Positions 1 through 13,745 of a stretch of DNA of 64,000 bases are shown one piece after another. The translations under genes were made by a program, and so were the position numbers. The DNA comes from Pecten maximus. Lineage: Eukaryota. The notes beneath the pieces were generated by a model that was not told the origin of the DNA, ran no database searches, and saw only the letters and a program-made list of their open reading frames with translations. Within the stretch, counting starts at the first letter, position 1, and every line of letters starts with the position of its first letter. The DNA is taken from positions 30,132,001-30,196,000 of the forward strand of contig NC_047018.1 of NCBI RefSeq assembly GCF_902652985.1. Reading direction: 5' to 3'.

Positions 1-244
1 GGCCAACAGGAATGACTAATGCATTATATCATTTGTTTCAAATTGTAAAGAAGAAAACGTTTGAAGTACATATTAATACTATTATGGAACAACTTGATCC
101 TGACATAAATGTAATTTGTCATATTGCAACTAGTATCAGAGAACTGACAAAGGCACTATGTTTTGACGGTCCATCTGATACGCCATCGCTGTTGGTGTGG
201 TATCCATGTTTGTGATTTAACCTCACAGTTACCTCAAAGTTGAG

Positions 245-540
245 TTATTACATCGTTCATTGGACCTCCTGGTCCATTTGTTATAATATCGTTCATTGGC
301 CCTTCTGGTCCTTTGTTAGCATGTTCTTCATTGGACCCTCTGGTCAATTTGTTATCATGTTCTTCATTGTACCCTCTGGTCAATTTGTTATCATGTTCTT
401 CATTGTACCCTCTGGTCAATTTGTTATCATGTTCTTCATTGTACCCTCTGGTCAATTTGTTATCATGTTCTTCATTGTACCCTCTGGTCAATTTGTTATC
501 ATGTCTCCATTGCACCCTCTGGTCAATTTGTTAGCATGTG
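245..540. repeat. 39-bp minisatellite, ~7 copies
   Basis: Unit CATTGTACCCTCTGGTCAATTTGTTATCATGTTCTT(CAT); overlapping ORFs show 13-aa periodicity. Confidence 0.93.
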
Positions 541-1393
541 TTGCGTTTGACCTTGTCTGTTCATTTGTATAAAATGTTATATTAAAGTAAAATATTAAAA
601 TTGATAAAGTAAAAAGGCCGGAATGTTGTTAATTATCATGTAAAATCGCATCAGTTACTAGTTAGTTCTGTAATAATGATAATGATGTTACAATACAACA
701 CTTAGTATGATAAAAATGAATCGCTTAGTGATGTTAAAATAATATCACTTATTTGTTAATATTTTCATTTCAGGTGTGTATTTTCTATTTGGCCTTACCA
801 ACAAAGTTGGCATTTAAACTTCGGTAAACGTTAGAATGTCCCGTATGAATACATTGTTGACAGTGAGTGAGGTCGAAATGGTCAGGTCCGGCCCCGATTC
901 GGCACACATACGTTATTTTTTTTTAATTTTTACATTTTGTGAAATTATATTTTATAAACTATGCAAAGCAAGACAATATGTGAATTGAAGATTTGTTTTT
1001 TTTTAATTTCTCACGGAAATGGAATAAAAAGATGATGTAATAATGGAACTATATTCTATATTGTTCATGTAGTTGACAATCTTTCCTGCCAAATTGGAAC
1101 AGCTGTTTTGCCATTCAATCAAATGTCGCGCTGTTCTGTCAGTGCGTATAGCGTCCAATGAATGACTATTATTACTATTTTGAAGTTGCGTAATCAAACA
1201 ACTAGCAAAATGTAAATATAACATATATGTATATATATATTTGTTGTTTACTGGTGTCTAAACTGAACATTTTACAGGCAGTGGGTCAGGTAATCTATTG
1301 TTAAATACATACATGGCTTCGTAGTTAATGATACGGCAATAATACCGTATACCACTAATTGTTTGATGAAATTGAATAATATGCCGATGATCA

Positions 1394-2986
1394 AATACAC
1401 CACTGAGACGTTAATTATAATGTTATAATACACCACTGAGACGTGAATTATAATGTTATAATACACATTGATACGTGAATTATAATGTTATAATACACCA
1501 CTGAGACGTAAATTATAATGTTATAATACACCATTGAGACGTAAATTATAATGTTATAATACAGCACTGAGACGTTAATTATAATGTTATAATACACCAC
1601 TGAGACGTTAATTATAATGTTATAATACAGCACTGAGACGTTAATTATAATGTTATAATACACCACTGATACGTTAATTATAATGTTATAATACACCACT
1701 GATACGTTAATTATAATGTTATAATACACTACTGATACGTTAATTATAATGATATAATACACCACTGATACGTTAATTATAATGTTATAATACACCACTG
1801 AGACGTTAATTATAATGTTATAATACACCACTGATACGTTAATTATAATGTTATAATACACCACTGAGACGTTAATTATAATGTTATAATACACCACTGA
1901 GACATTAATTATAATGTTATAATACACCACTGAGACGTTAATTATAATGGTATAATAAACCGCTGAGACGTAAATTATAATGTTATAATACACCACTGAG
2001 ACGTAAATTATAATGTTATAATACGACACTGAGACGTTAATTATAATGTTATAACACACAACTGAGACGTTTATTATAATGTTATAATACACCACTGAGA
2101 CGTAAATTATAATGTTATAATACACCACTGAGACGTTAATTATAATGTTATAATACACCACTGAGACGTTAATTATAATGTTATAATACACCACTGAGAC
2201 GTTAATGATAATGTTATAATACACCACTGAGACGTTAATTATAATGTTATAATACACCACTGAGACGTAAATTATAATGTTATAATACACCACTGAGATG
2301 TTAATTATAATGTTATAATACAACACTGAGATGTTAATTATAATGTTATAATACACCACTGAGATGTTAATTATAATGTTATAATACACCACTGATACTG
2401 AATTATAATGTTATAATACACCACTGATACTGAATTATAATGTTATAATACACCACTGAGATGTTAATTATAATGTTATAACACACAACTGAGACGTAAA
2501 TTATAATGTTATAATACACCACTGAGACGTTAATTATAATGTTATAATACACCACTGAGACGTAAATTATAATGTTATAATACACCACTGAGACGTTAAT
2601 TATAATGTTATAATACACCACTGAGACGTTAATTATAATGTTATAATACACCACTGAGACGTAAATTATAATGTTATAATACACCATTGAGACGTTAATT
2701 ATAATGTTATAATACAGCACTGAGACGTTAATTATAATGTTATAATACATCACTGAGACGTTAATTATAATGTTATAATACACCACTGAGACGTTAATTA
2801 TAATGTTATAATACAGCACTGAGACGTTAATTATAATGTTATAATACACCACTGAGAGGTTAATTATAATGTTATAATACACCACTGATACGTTAATTAT
2901 AATGTTATAATACACCACTGAGACGTTAATTATAATGTTATAATACACCACTGAGAGGTTAATTATAATGTTATAATAAACCGCTG
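1394..2986. repeat. 33-bp minisatellite, ~48 copies
   Basis: Unit ATTATAATGTTATAATACACCACTGAGACGTTA; the (VVYYNIIINVS)n ORFs are translation artefacts. Confidence 0.97.
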
Positions 2987-5900
2987 AATCTTACATGGGC
3001 CTGTTCCAGAGACAAGGGCTATCTCAACTCAAGTGTAAGAGTTTAGCTTGCCAAGACGGACGATTCTATTAATCCCCTCCTTAGCAACCGCGGGATCACA
3101 CTGTCAAGTATACGAGAAAACAAAGCTTTAAAGACCCTATGTGTTCAGTTGTTAATGCTGAATACTACAACGAAATACAGGGGTCATACGTTGCTAGTAT
3201 TATGAGAAACTCGAAGTGGAATGTGCACCTGTTGTTTATATGCTCCCTAATACGGCTCAGGAACCATAGGTTATACACTCGGGTCACTAGGTCTATATTA
3301 CTTAATATATGTGTGTTTTATTCAGCTACTTGCCTTGAACTTTCTCAAAGTAAACACTGGCCACTCATGATTTTATAGATGATCAAACTTGTTCGTAACT
3401 TTTAAATGAACTTCCAACCTCTGTTTTGTCTAAAAGAAATTAATAGCAGTGATATCTAGGCCTGCTATAGACTATTACCTGTATATCTAATGAAGGATAA
3501 TATGGTAATAATTATCAATTACTAAATGAATGAAAATAAATAAATACATAAATGAATACATAAAAAATAGATAAAAGAAGTTATATGGCTGATATTTAAT
3601 CATGCTCTATTTATATAAATTGATTAACTTCAAAGTGCAGAAAGGGTATTTAAAACACATTATCAATAATTATTACTATAATTATAATAAATGTTAAAAT
3701 GATTTTGTGGCATGTTAATCATAGCTGATAGGTAGCACACAGCAGGTAAGTTATTGGTTTGTTTTCTGAGATGACCCCGACAATGAAAATTTTTTATTCT
3801 CATAAACATATAAAGTGTAGAGAATTATATACAAAACTGTACAGGACATATGATGTAATACATGGATACATTTGTTAAGCAAGAGCTTATATTAAACAGT
3901 ATTGATTCGTATTTGCTTAATTAATTTCACAAGTGATTTCAATTTATCATCTACTACAAAATTAATAAGAGGCGTATTAAACTTGAATGTACTGGGTCTT
4001 ACATAATAGTATAAAGGTTACATAAAGGTTAATAATTTCGAATATTGGATTTAAAAAACCTGACTGCGTGACCACTATAAATGCATTTCAAGCTTCAACA
4101 TTATAAGATTACTAATGGCTCAATGTTGTACACGTATGGTCCTAAGCTACACTGACATATCATAGAGCGAAACAGCTGTATGGGGCAGATAAATTTTTTT
4201 GGCCCCAATGTATTTAACTCTTAACGTGTGTTTTGTACAAGACGTATAATGTGGTGAGTAAGAAGGGAGAAGAAAACTCCTTAACGAGGTTTCAATGGGT
4301 ACAGTTGTTTTATACATCTTACCGGTAAGCAAAACTCACAGTTTGCGGTGTTGTTAAGAAGTGTAATGTCGTTGTAGGTACCAAGGAAAACAAATTTCAG
4401 AACGAGATAAGGAACAAATATAAAGATGTAATACTGCAAGGCTACCATTACACATTTCTTACATACAGCGAGTAATGACAAATATATTCATTCCTTGTCT
4501 TCTTTAATTCTATGTGGATATGACTTCAACTTAAACAAATGGACTGTTACAATAACAACAAATCCGTTACGATAAATACGATGCCTACAGTTTCAACATC
4601 ACGTGTTAAAAGACGAGTGAGGGGAACACAGTTAGGGTCAGTATTAACACGTATATAAGGATAACTGACCTTGGCGTCGGCCATTATTTTAAGAATGCTT
4701 CAATGATTAAAAGAAACATACAAATACATTGTCCCTGTGACCCTGACACTATAGGCGGATAGAACCCGTCATACGTGTGACATGCTGACATGCTTACAAA
4801 TGGGTGTTCAAAAGATTACCTGCATCTAAGCAATTGAATACTCGGATTTCCATTATATTATCATCGATATCATAGGGTTTACGTCGGCTTTTGGTAGTTG
4901 TTCTTCTAGGAACATCCTCGATAGTAAAAGAATAAGATTTACTTACGCTCTCTACACCCATTGAATATGTCATGGCAAAATCGAAGGCTCCGACACTGCC
5001 AAGATGTGGATAAAACAAGACGACTAGTATAATCATCTGATGTACATCAAATGAATCTCGAGATTGCCACCAATATGACTTTGAACTTTGTTGTTTTTCC
5101 TCTTCAATCTTCATAAAAAACTAAATTTGTTAGCGTCACACGCAGGATTTGAATGGCATGCGCTTGAAATCCCTCTGTGAAATAAAGGTCTCAAATTGTT
5201 ATCCTTTTTTTTTGCCAAAACTGGAGCAATATTTCATATTGTTCAATTGATACCTCCATATATTATAAAAAAGGTAATTTATGCTTAGCTAAAGATATTA
5301 AATATGTAAGCTTTAAAAGTTAGTTATTAGTTTTGTTGCTATGGTAACAGGTTGACTTCTATAGGCTGTAACAATAATATCACTTGCATCGTTCCCCCTT
5401 TGAAACTTTGAAATTGACACACCGGAAACTCGCAATGACCAGGAGTAAATATACTGATGATTCATTTGTATATACATGTAGTTATCCTGGTTACAAAGTA
5501 AACAAGATTGAAAGTTGTTTATCCTGATTACAACTTAAACAAGGTCGAACGTTAAACCTTGAATAATTGTATGCGAAAAAATGTATCAGGGACATTATCC
5601 GTCTGTCAAACCTATAAAGCAATCCGCTTATAGTTTTATCTGGGTCACGGATATTTAAACCGGTAGATTGATATGTATACCTTTAATTATTTAGCATCCG
5701 ATTATTGCTCATTTAACAGAAATTTGATCATACAGAGTTGAAGACTAACATATAGTTGAAGTTAAAGTCTCTTATTTACACAGACATGTAGGACGTCTTA
5801 CGTGTAGCAATATCCGCTTTAGGATATGGGTTCTTGTTTACACAGACATGTAGGACGTCTTACGTGTAGCAATATCCGCTTTAGGATATGGGTAAGTTAA

Positions 5901-6579
5901 CTTAATACTGACGACACATCAGTAATGCACATATAATTACAGTCCTGCACAAACTAGAACACAAATGTAAATAATTATCATATGAACTTATATGAACTAA
6001 TTTATCGCAATTTACACTTATTTATAAATTACTGATGAGTCAATGGTGTACACGTATGGTCCTTAGCTTACACTGACATATCATAGAACGAAACAGCTGT
6101 ATGGTGCATATTAATTCATTCTGAATCCAATGTGTCTAACACTGAACCTGTGTTTTGTACAAGTCGTATAATGTGGTAAGAAGGGAGAAGAAAACTCCTT
6201 AACGAGGTTTCAATGGATGTAAAAGTTTTATACATCTTCCCCGTTAGTAAAACCCAGTTTGTTTTGTTTTTAAAAAGTTTAACGTCGTCACAGGACGGGT
6301 ACCAAGGAAAACAAATTTCAGAAAGAGATTTGCAACAGGCACAAAAGCAAAGTCGTTATATTACAGTGCTGTCATTACTCGTGTCTTAGAGCATGTACTG
6401 AGTAATGACAGATGTATCACTTCCACGTCCCCTGTTAATGTTAGGTGACTTAAAACAAAAGGACTGTTACAATAACACAAACAGATAAGTCAGTATGACG
6501 TGTTAAAAGACATGTGAGGGGACACAATGTTGGTCAGTATTAACACGTATATAAGGATAACTGATCTTCGACATCAGCT

Positions 6580-7165
6580 ATTATTATACCTCACTTTTGT
6601 TAGAATTCTTTTCATTGGACGAAAACATATCACCTGACATTTTATAAATCGAATATCCCCCGACAAATGCCGTCGCCGGGGTATAACCCGTCGAATAACC
6701 ATGTAACCATGGCAGCAGAGTATTATACCCCGGTGTAATAACCCCTCCGCCCCATGAATAACCCTTCGTCATCGAACGCGCCTGCATCGGAAGTCGGGCA
6801 GTGGAACTCTTTTGCGTTTGTTGTCGTCTGGTTCCAAAAATACAAACAACAACACAGGCTTTTGAAATGGCAGTGTCATCACGATTTGGCCGATCAACAG
6901 AAGTAGAAATAACAGCGATATTGGACAGAAAGGATGCTTTAAACACCAAAAAGGCCACAAAATATGCTCTTCAAGCTTTACAAGCATATTGTATCGAAAC
7001 AAAATCAATAAAATACAATTTATTAAATTCAATTTATTGTGTTTTTTTGGTATAATAAAACTATTATGACCCTCTGTGTCGGGATACGCCCTCGGGAAAA
7101 TAACCCTTCCCAGGGACATAATTCTGGATATATCCCTCCACAGAGGGCCATAATTGTATATTATT
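6580..7165 (+). mobile_element. Non-autonomous Crypton-like DNA element inserted in copy 2 of the triplicated block
   Basis: Absent from the paralogous site near 9030; flanked by direct repeat ATTATT (6580-6585, 7160-7165); TTATTATACC/GGTATAATAA inverted pair (6581, 7049); 3' hairpin arms 7063-7078 and 7139-7154. Confidence 0.75.
6867..7055 (+). pseudogene. N-terminal remnant of a Crypton (DUF3504/KCTD1-ZMYM-type) protein
   Basis: MAVSSRFGRSTEVEITAILDRKDALNTKKATKYALQALQAY resembles the SRF..E.I..(x)..NTK..T..A N-terminus of animal Crypton proteins; no recombinase core follows. Confidence 0.65.
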
Positions 7166-9518
7166 TCATGATCAATAATTAAATAAAACACCCAATGTAC
7201 ATATGACCCTGACATTATAAGCGGATAGGAGCCATTAATACGAGTGGCATGCAGACATGCTCTGTATGACAATACAAATAGGTGTTGGAAATCACCTAGA
7301 TATCTGCAGCTTAATTATTGATAACTTCATTTGGATATCCATAGTATCGTCGATTTTTGGCCTCGATACTCCATTTACTTAACTCTCTACACCCCTGTGA
7401 TATGTCCTGTTCCGACACCGCCAAGGTGTGGATAAAACAAAACGACTAGTATGATCATCTAATATACACTAAACGAATCTCGATAAACCATATTCTGGCT
7501 TTGAATCAATCCTAATCTATTAGCGCCACACGTTTCTTGTTATAATAAGTGGAGAATACAGGTATCCTTAATAGTTAAGACTGTTTACTTTGAGATCAAA
7601 AAGTCGCTAGTTCGAAGCCCGGCACGGAGTTGGTACTTTTGGTCCCGAATATGACGCGACAGGTGGCGTAACTGGTCAAGATGAAGTATGTGATTTGTCA
7701 ATGTAGCAGTAAATGGAAAAAAAAGTTTGTAACAATAATATCACTTGCATCGTTTCCCCATTGAAACTTTGAAATTGACATACCGGAAACTCGCAATGAT
7801 CAGGAGTAAATATACTGATGATTTATTTGCATATACATGTATTTATCCTGGTTACAAAGTAAACAAGATTGAAAGTTAGTTATCCTGATTACAACTTAAA
7901 CAAGGTCGAACGTTAAACCTTGAATAATTGTATGCGACAAAAAATGTACCAGGTATAACATCCGTCTTTCAAACCTATAACGCAATCCGCTTATAGTTTT
8001 ATCTGGGTCAAGGATATATATATACCGGTAAATTGATATGTATACCTTTAATTAAGGTAAGCTTTATATATAGCAGTAATTTAGCATCCGATTATTGCTC
8101 ATTTAACAGAAATTTGATCATACAGGGTTGAAGACTAACATATAGTTGTAGTTAAAGTCTCTTGTTTACACAGACATGTAGGACGTCTTACGTGTAGCAA
8201 TATCCGCTTTAGGATATGGGTTCTTGTTTACACAGAAATGTAGGACGTCTTACGTGTAGCAATATCCGCTTTAGGATATGGGTTCTTGTTTACACAGACA
8301 TGTAGGACGTCTTACGTGTAGCAATATCCGCTTTAGGATATGGGTAAGTTAACTTAATACTGACGACACATCAGTTATGTACATATAATTACAGTCCTGC
8401 ACAAACTAGAACATAAATGTAAATAATTATCATATGAACTTATATGAACAAATTATCGCAATCTACACCTATTTATAAATTACTGGTGGGTCAATGTATG
8501 GTCCTTAGCTACACTGACATATCATAGAACGAAACAGCTGTGTGGTGCAGATTAATTTATTTTGGATCCAATGTATCTAACTCTGAGAGTGTGTTTTGTA
8601 CAAGTCGTATAATGTGGTAAGTAAGAAGTGAGAAGAAAAACACCTTAACGAAGTTTAAATGCATGCAGTAGTTTTATACATCTTCCCCGTTAGTAAAACT
8701 CACAGTTTGTTGTGTTTTTTAGAAGTTTAACGTCGTCACAGGACGGGTACCAAGGGAAACAAATTTCAGAAAGAGATTTGCAACAGGCACAAAAGCAAAG
8801 TCGTTATATTACAGTGCTGTCATTACTCGTGTCTTACAACATGCACTGAGTAATGACAGATGTATCACTCCCTCGTCCCCCGTTAATGTTAGGTGATATG
8901 ACTTTAAACAGAAGGACTGTTACAATAACACAAACAGATAAGTCAATATGACGTGTTAAAAGACATGAGGGGACATAATGTGGGTCAGTATTAACACGTA
9001 TATAAGGATAACTAACCTTCGACCTCAGCCATTATTTCATGACTCTTAAACCAAACACGCAATATACATATGACCCTGACATTATAAGCGGATAGGAGCC
9101 GTTAATGCGGGTGACATGCAGGCATGTTTTGTATGACAATACAAATAGGTGTTGGAAATCACCTAGATATCTGCAGCTTAATTATTGATAACTTCATACG
9201 GATTTCCATGATATCATCGTCGATTTTTGGCCTCGATACTCAATGTACCATATTCTGGCTTTGAACCAATCTTAATCTATTGGCGTCACACGCAGGATTT
9301 GAATGACACGCGCTTGAAATCCCTCCACAAGATAAAGGTCTCACATCTATCATTTTTGGACCAAACTGGAGCAATGTTTAATGTATCAAACCATTAAATA
9401 TGTCAGCTTTAAAAGGTTAGTTTTCAGTTTTGTTACTATGGTAACAGATTAGTATATGTAGGCTTTGAAATCGACACACCTGAAACTCAAAATAACCGAG
9501 AATAAACAAGTTATTCTT

Positions 9519-9940
9519 ATTATAACTGTATAAATGGAGACACTAGGTATCCTTAATAGTTTAGACTGTTTACTTTGAGATCGTAATGTCGCTAGTTCGA
9601 AACTCAACACGGACAGGGTATTTTTCATTACTCCTTCCTATACAGATTTGGTGTTGTTGACCACTCCAAGTGAAATCTATAGGGGATTGAGAGGATCCCT
9701 GGGAGCTATAGAACATGGGATGTGGTGAAATCTATAGGGGATTGAGAGGATTCCTGGGAGCTATAGAACATGGGATGTGGTGAAATCTATAGGGGATTGA
9801 GAGGATTCCTGGGAGCTATAGAACATGGGATGTGGTGAAATCTATAGGGGATTGAGAGGATTCCTGGGAGCTATAGAACATGGGATGTGGTTGTGTTTGG
9901 GGCGAAGACATTGTGAAGGACGGAGTAGTGTAAAATGTAA
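9519..9940 (+). mobile_element. Degenerate TRIM-like element with a tRNA-related terminal repeat (biv-TRIM-like)
   Basis: tRNA-like head with B box GTTCGAAAC, ending ...TATACA (9643); PBS-like TTTGGTGTTGTTGACC; purine tract GAAGGACGGAGTAG before TGTAA; related solo head at 7536-7640. Confidence 0.5.
9670..9890. repeat. 55-bp tandem repeat x4
   Basis: GTGAAATCTATAGGGGATTGAGAGGATTCCTGGGAGCTATAGAACATGGGATGTG at 9670, 9725, 9780, 9835. Confidence 0.95.
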
Positions 9941-10803
9941 GAGTATGAGGTCACCTTACTAGCTTTGACTAGCGCATCTTGGATGTGACTAGCCGGAATT
10001 TCTCTTTAGTCTTTATCTCAAAAACGATTTCTGATTACAAATACTTATTGCTTTAAAATCTCAATCGGAAGTACTGTCCGCTTTATATTTGACACATGTT
10101 TCTTCACTAAGTTTCAGGGTTTTGTTTCAATATAGCAATTTAAACTCATGCGGTAAGATAAATATAGAGATCTGTGATTTTACTTTCAAAAAATGTCAGT
10201 TTAAAATACACGAAAATATGAATGTGACTGATGTAAAAGATTTAACATTTAACTAAATCGGACATATGCAAGATTGTTGTTTATTGTAGTAAGTGTTAAT
10301 CTTACCTACAACTTCAGTCAATATCTGAAGATAACGTCAGAGGTAACCCGCTGATTATAGAAGCCACACAATGGTCCTTTGGCGGTCCCATTGACGACAA
10401 TGTTCACTGGTATTATAACTACTTCTGTTCCAATGATAGAAAAAATAATAACATATCAACAAAAGTCACAATGTTGTGAACATATCTATTTGAATGAAAA
10501 ACACTATAGGTCTCCTATATTCGGTATAGTGTCCGGAGAAGGGGCATTGCTAATACTCTAACCGCAACCAGTATAAAGTATCAGGAGTTGTTCCCCTTTG
10601 TCCTAATATTTTGGAGCGGACAAAGTATTGGATTCATGATATGGATTCGATAATGGAGAATAAATGAAAGATGCATACAAAATGTGTATTGAAAAAGACA
10701 GATAATTGTATGTGTCTTGAGATTTCCACCGATGAGTTTTATGTTAGTGTAATAAAGTTTTGGGTCTCCGCATGTATCTAATTATAATGAAATGAGTATG
10801 AAA

Positions 10804-10902
10804 AAAAGTATTGCGTTTATTCACAAAAGTATTGCGTTTATTCGCAAACGTATTGCGTTTATTCGCAAAAGTATTGCGTTTATTCGCAAAAGTATTGCGT
10901 TT
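10804..10902. repeat. 21-bp tandem repeat x~5
   Basis: AAAAGTATTGCGTTTATTCGC units. Confidence 0.9.
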
Positions 10903-12419
10903 AAACGCAATAATTTTTTTTTTTTTTACATATAACATTTGGCACCAATGGGCTTCCGTAGCTAAACGAAAATTCGCTGTTTTTCATCTTTTAAGATACA
11001 CACTAGCTAGGGAAGGTACAAATCCTATGACCGAATCCAACAGGAAATGACAATACCAACAATCATTACAATACTGATGACGTCATATGTCCCTACAGGG
11101 TTAGCGTTCAAGTGGAAAAAGTCTTCAATGTTTTGTATCTCTGACATAATAGGACTAAGACCACAATTAAGTACTTCCGGGTTCAGGCCCCACGAATGAA
11201 GTCCCCTCAAAAATGTATGTATTTCAGGAAAACAAATCAATTGCCTCTTTGAACTTGATTTCTGTTGATGAATTTAATGTGGATTTATAGTAGAGATGTC
11301 AATCTAGGTTTTGTGATGTAAAATAATAATATTGATCATTTATTATGTGCTCCAGGACACTGTGTGATGAGTCCTGATTTGACCTCTACCCCTGACCCGG
11401 ATGTATATAATCCAAGTTGGTGACACATTTTGACAGCTATCTCCAGAAAATGCCCAACATGCTGGGTTGAAACTTTTATATTTTGCTTCTCAGATGTTGG
11501 TCTTGGCCAGGTGAGATGGAAAGTTGCATATGAGATTTTGGGAATTTATTATGAATTTTAATGTTACAATGAAACATATAGCGAAGCTAATTGTGGTCTC
11601 AGTCCATTGCACAGTGATAAATGCTATATGTGAGAGTTAGCTCCCTTCATGTGTATCACTTCCTTCTTTATCTGTTGAGGGATGCAGACATTAAATATGA
11701 GGGTAATTATAGAGAATATATCGTGCTAAGCTAATAGACAGTGATTTAATGACTATTTGAACCTAATCGGTGAAGGTCTTCCTTTGTGTCAACTTCTACA
11801 ATCCATGTGTAAAGTATAGCGTATAACAGTTAACATTAGTTAATGCGTCAATTGATAGAAAATATTGGCATAATTCATTTTATGTTCTCAGATTTTGCCG
11901 GCCACAAGACACAGCAACAATTAATGTAAATAAGACGTGCGTAAATAGCTTGTGCATAACTGCATATTCAAATTGATGTTTGAATTTTTAATTGAAAAGG
12001 GAAATTGAGTAAAATAGTTTCGATTCCTAACTTTGATTTATTCAAATTTAATACCAAAGATAATCTAAATCATATCAATTAGATACATGGTTATTGGGTC
12101 GGTTCTAACAGTGGCATTCTTGAACTCAAAACATTGTTTTCAAATTGAGATTATTGTTTAAGGATGTTGGATGTATTGTGACAGATATGCCTGTACAAAG
12201 ACAGATATGTGTCAATGGTGCATTAAAACATGGATTTAGTACAAGGTACACCTTCATTGATGCAAGAGACATAAAACAAGTAATCTCGATGGGGAGTTGG
12301 GAGAATACAAAAGAGAATATAGATGAGGGGTTCGTCAACCCTAACATGTGATTTGATATTTGGATACTGCATTCACCAAACCAATCATGTAACCATTTTG
12401 ATAACTTTAGACACTAGTA

Positions 12420-12592
12420 CCGTGAAACCTGACTACAGCCCATTGACTTTAACGACATACTGTATAATCCGACCTTATCCATCGGAACGGTGACATGTTC
12501 AAATGCGATTGCCGACATTGACTTTACCGACACACTGCCATATCTGACGCGATGACTCTGTTCAATAAGTGTCGGTAAAGTCAGGTTTCACT
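12420..12592. mobile_element. Degenerate MITE (Tc1/mariner-pogo-like termini)
   Basis: Inverted repeats GTGAAACCTGACT (12422-12434) and AGTCAGGTTTCAC (12579-12591); TA at the left flank; internal TGACTTTACCGACAC copies. Confidence 0.6.
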
Positions 12593-13349
12593 TCGCAAAA
12601 TCCCGGCGTAGTTAATTTGGTACTTTTATATTTCATTCGTCAGCCCTATCTGGTATTTTGATCATATTGGATATTAATTACAGGTATCAACTGAAGTATT
12701 GAATGACGCTCCATAAAAACCCAAGGATCGCTTTAAAGTTACATTTCACTGGCATTGTATGTCACAGGCACATTGAAAATGCAGTTTTATATTGGTGTGA
12801 GGATTCTGCCGTATCTATGATAAAGTTAATATCTTGAGGTGAGAGTAACGTATGTCTGTTGAACAGCCCTTACTAGTGATTTAAAGAACATGTAATATGT
12901 GTATACAAATATAATACTAAGTATAACATGATGTACCGACTTCTGAATAGCGAGCAGCTCTCCTTCTCACTGGTATCGTTCATAATACAATTTAAAGCAC
13001 CCCACGAAAAGGGTCAATCAAGGAAAGTGACCCAGTGGACTCGCACACCACTCTGTCACTTTCTCCTGTAGGGGACCTGACTATGATCAACTTAATCCCA
13101 TTAATTTATCACACAGACTCGGGTATCATATCTATAAATGTTGTTATTACAGATTTCAATACGCTATAAAATTTACTTAAGGCTTATATGATATTTGTAC
13201 AGTTTGAAATATGATGATATATATTACGATACATGTTTTCTAAGTATTGGACCGGTTCAGAAAATACACACGTCCGATATCCAGATCATACGAAATTTAT
13301 CAGATTTTTGAGGTTAATGTATGGAGCGCCGTAGCTGAAATGGATGACT

Positions 13350-13745
13350 AAAGTAATATATTAAGTGATATTTTCGTTTTATTATATTTTACCATTGAAA
13401 TATAGAAAATTATTCATTCTATAAAAGTTATATTTTTCACCAATGACAAATATCACTTTCTCTGGTCTGATTATTGTTCATTAGTGAAAAATATCACTTT
13501 TTTTCTGATTTGACCAATCAGAATAATGCCTGCAAACGACAATGGTATGTTTTGCTAGAAAAATCTAATAAACAGAATATCTAACAATATCTTTAGTAAT
13601 ACCAAATATATTTCACTCGTGTGGCTAATATTTTGATATTTTTCACGAGTGCTCTCACGCGTGAAGAGTGAAAAGTACCAAAATGTTAGACCCACTCGTG
13701 TAATATATATTTGGTATAACTGAAGACCCTGTTAGATATCCTCTA
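13350..13745. mobile_element. Non-autonomous element ending in a ~170-bp imperfect palindrome (Crypton-like terminus)
   Basis: Fold-back 13572-13744: ATATCTAACA/TGTTAGATAT and TACCAAATATAT/ATATATTTGGTA arms; left boundary approximate. Confidence 0.55.

Larger units (their letters stand above)
4100..9500. repeat. Tandemly triplicated ~2-kb block (older divergent partial copy ~4100-5366; closer copies ~5367-7530 and ~7728-9500)
   Basis: Shared anchors: GTATGGTCCT(A/T)AGCT near 4135, 6055, 8496; TGTAACAATAATATCACTTGCATCG at 5367 and 7728; an internal 62-bp unit is present x2 (5770-5893) and x3 (8160-8345). Confidence 0.9.

Noticed and set aside
1448-2951. 314-aa and 182-aa ORFs (VVYYNIIINVS)n
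   Set aside because: Stop-free frames of a 33-bp minisatellite; no coding evidence
4794-5114. 106-aa ORF in the triplicated block
   Set aside because: Disrupted by deletions in the other two copies; no recognisable motif
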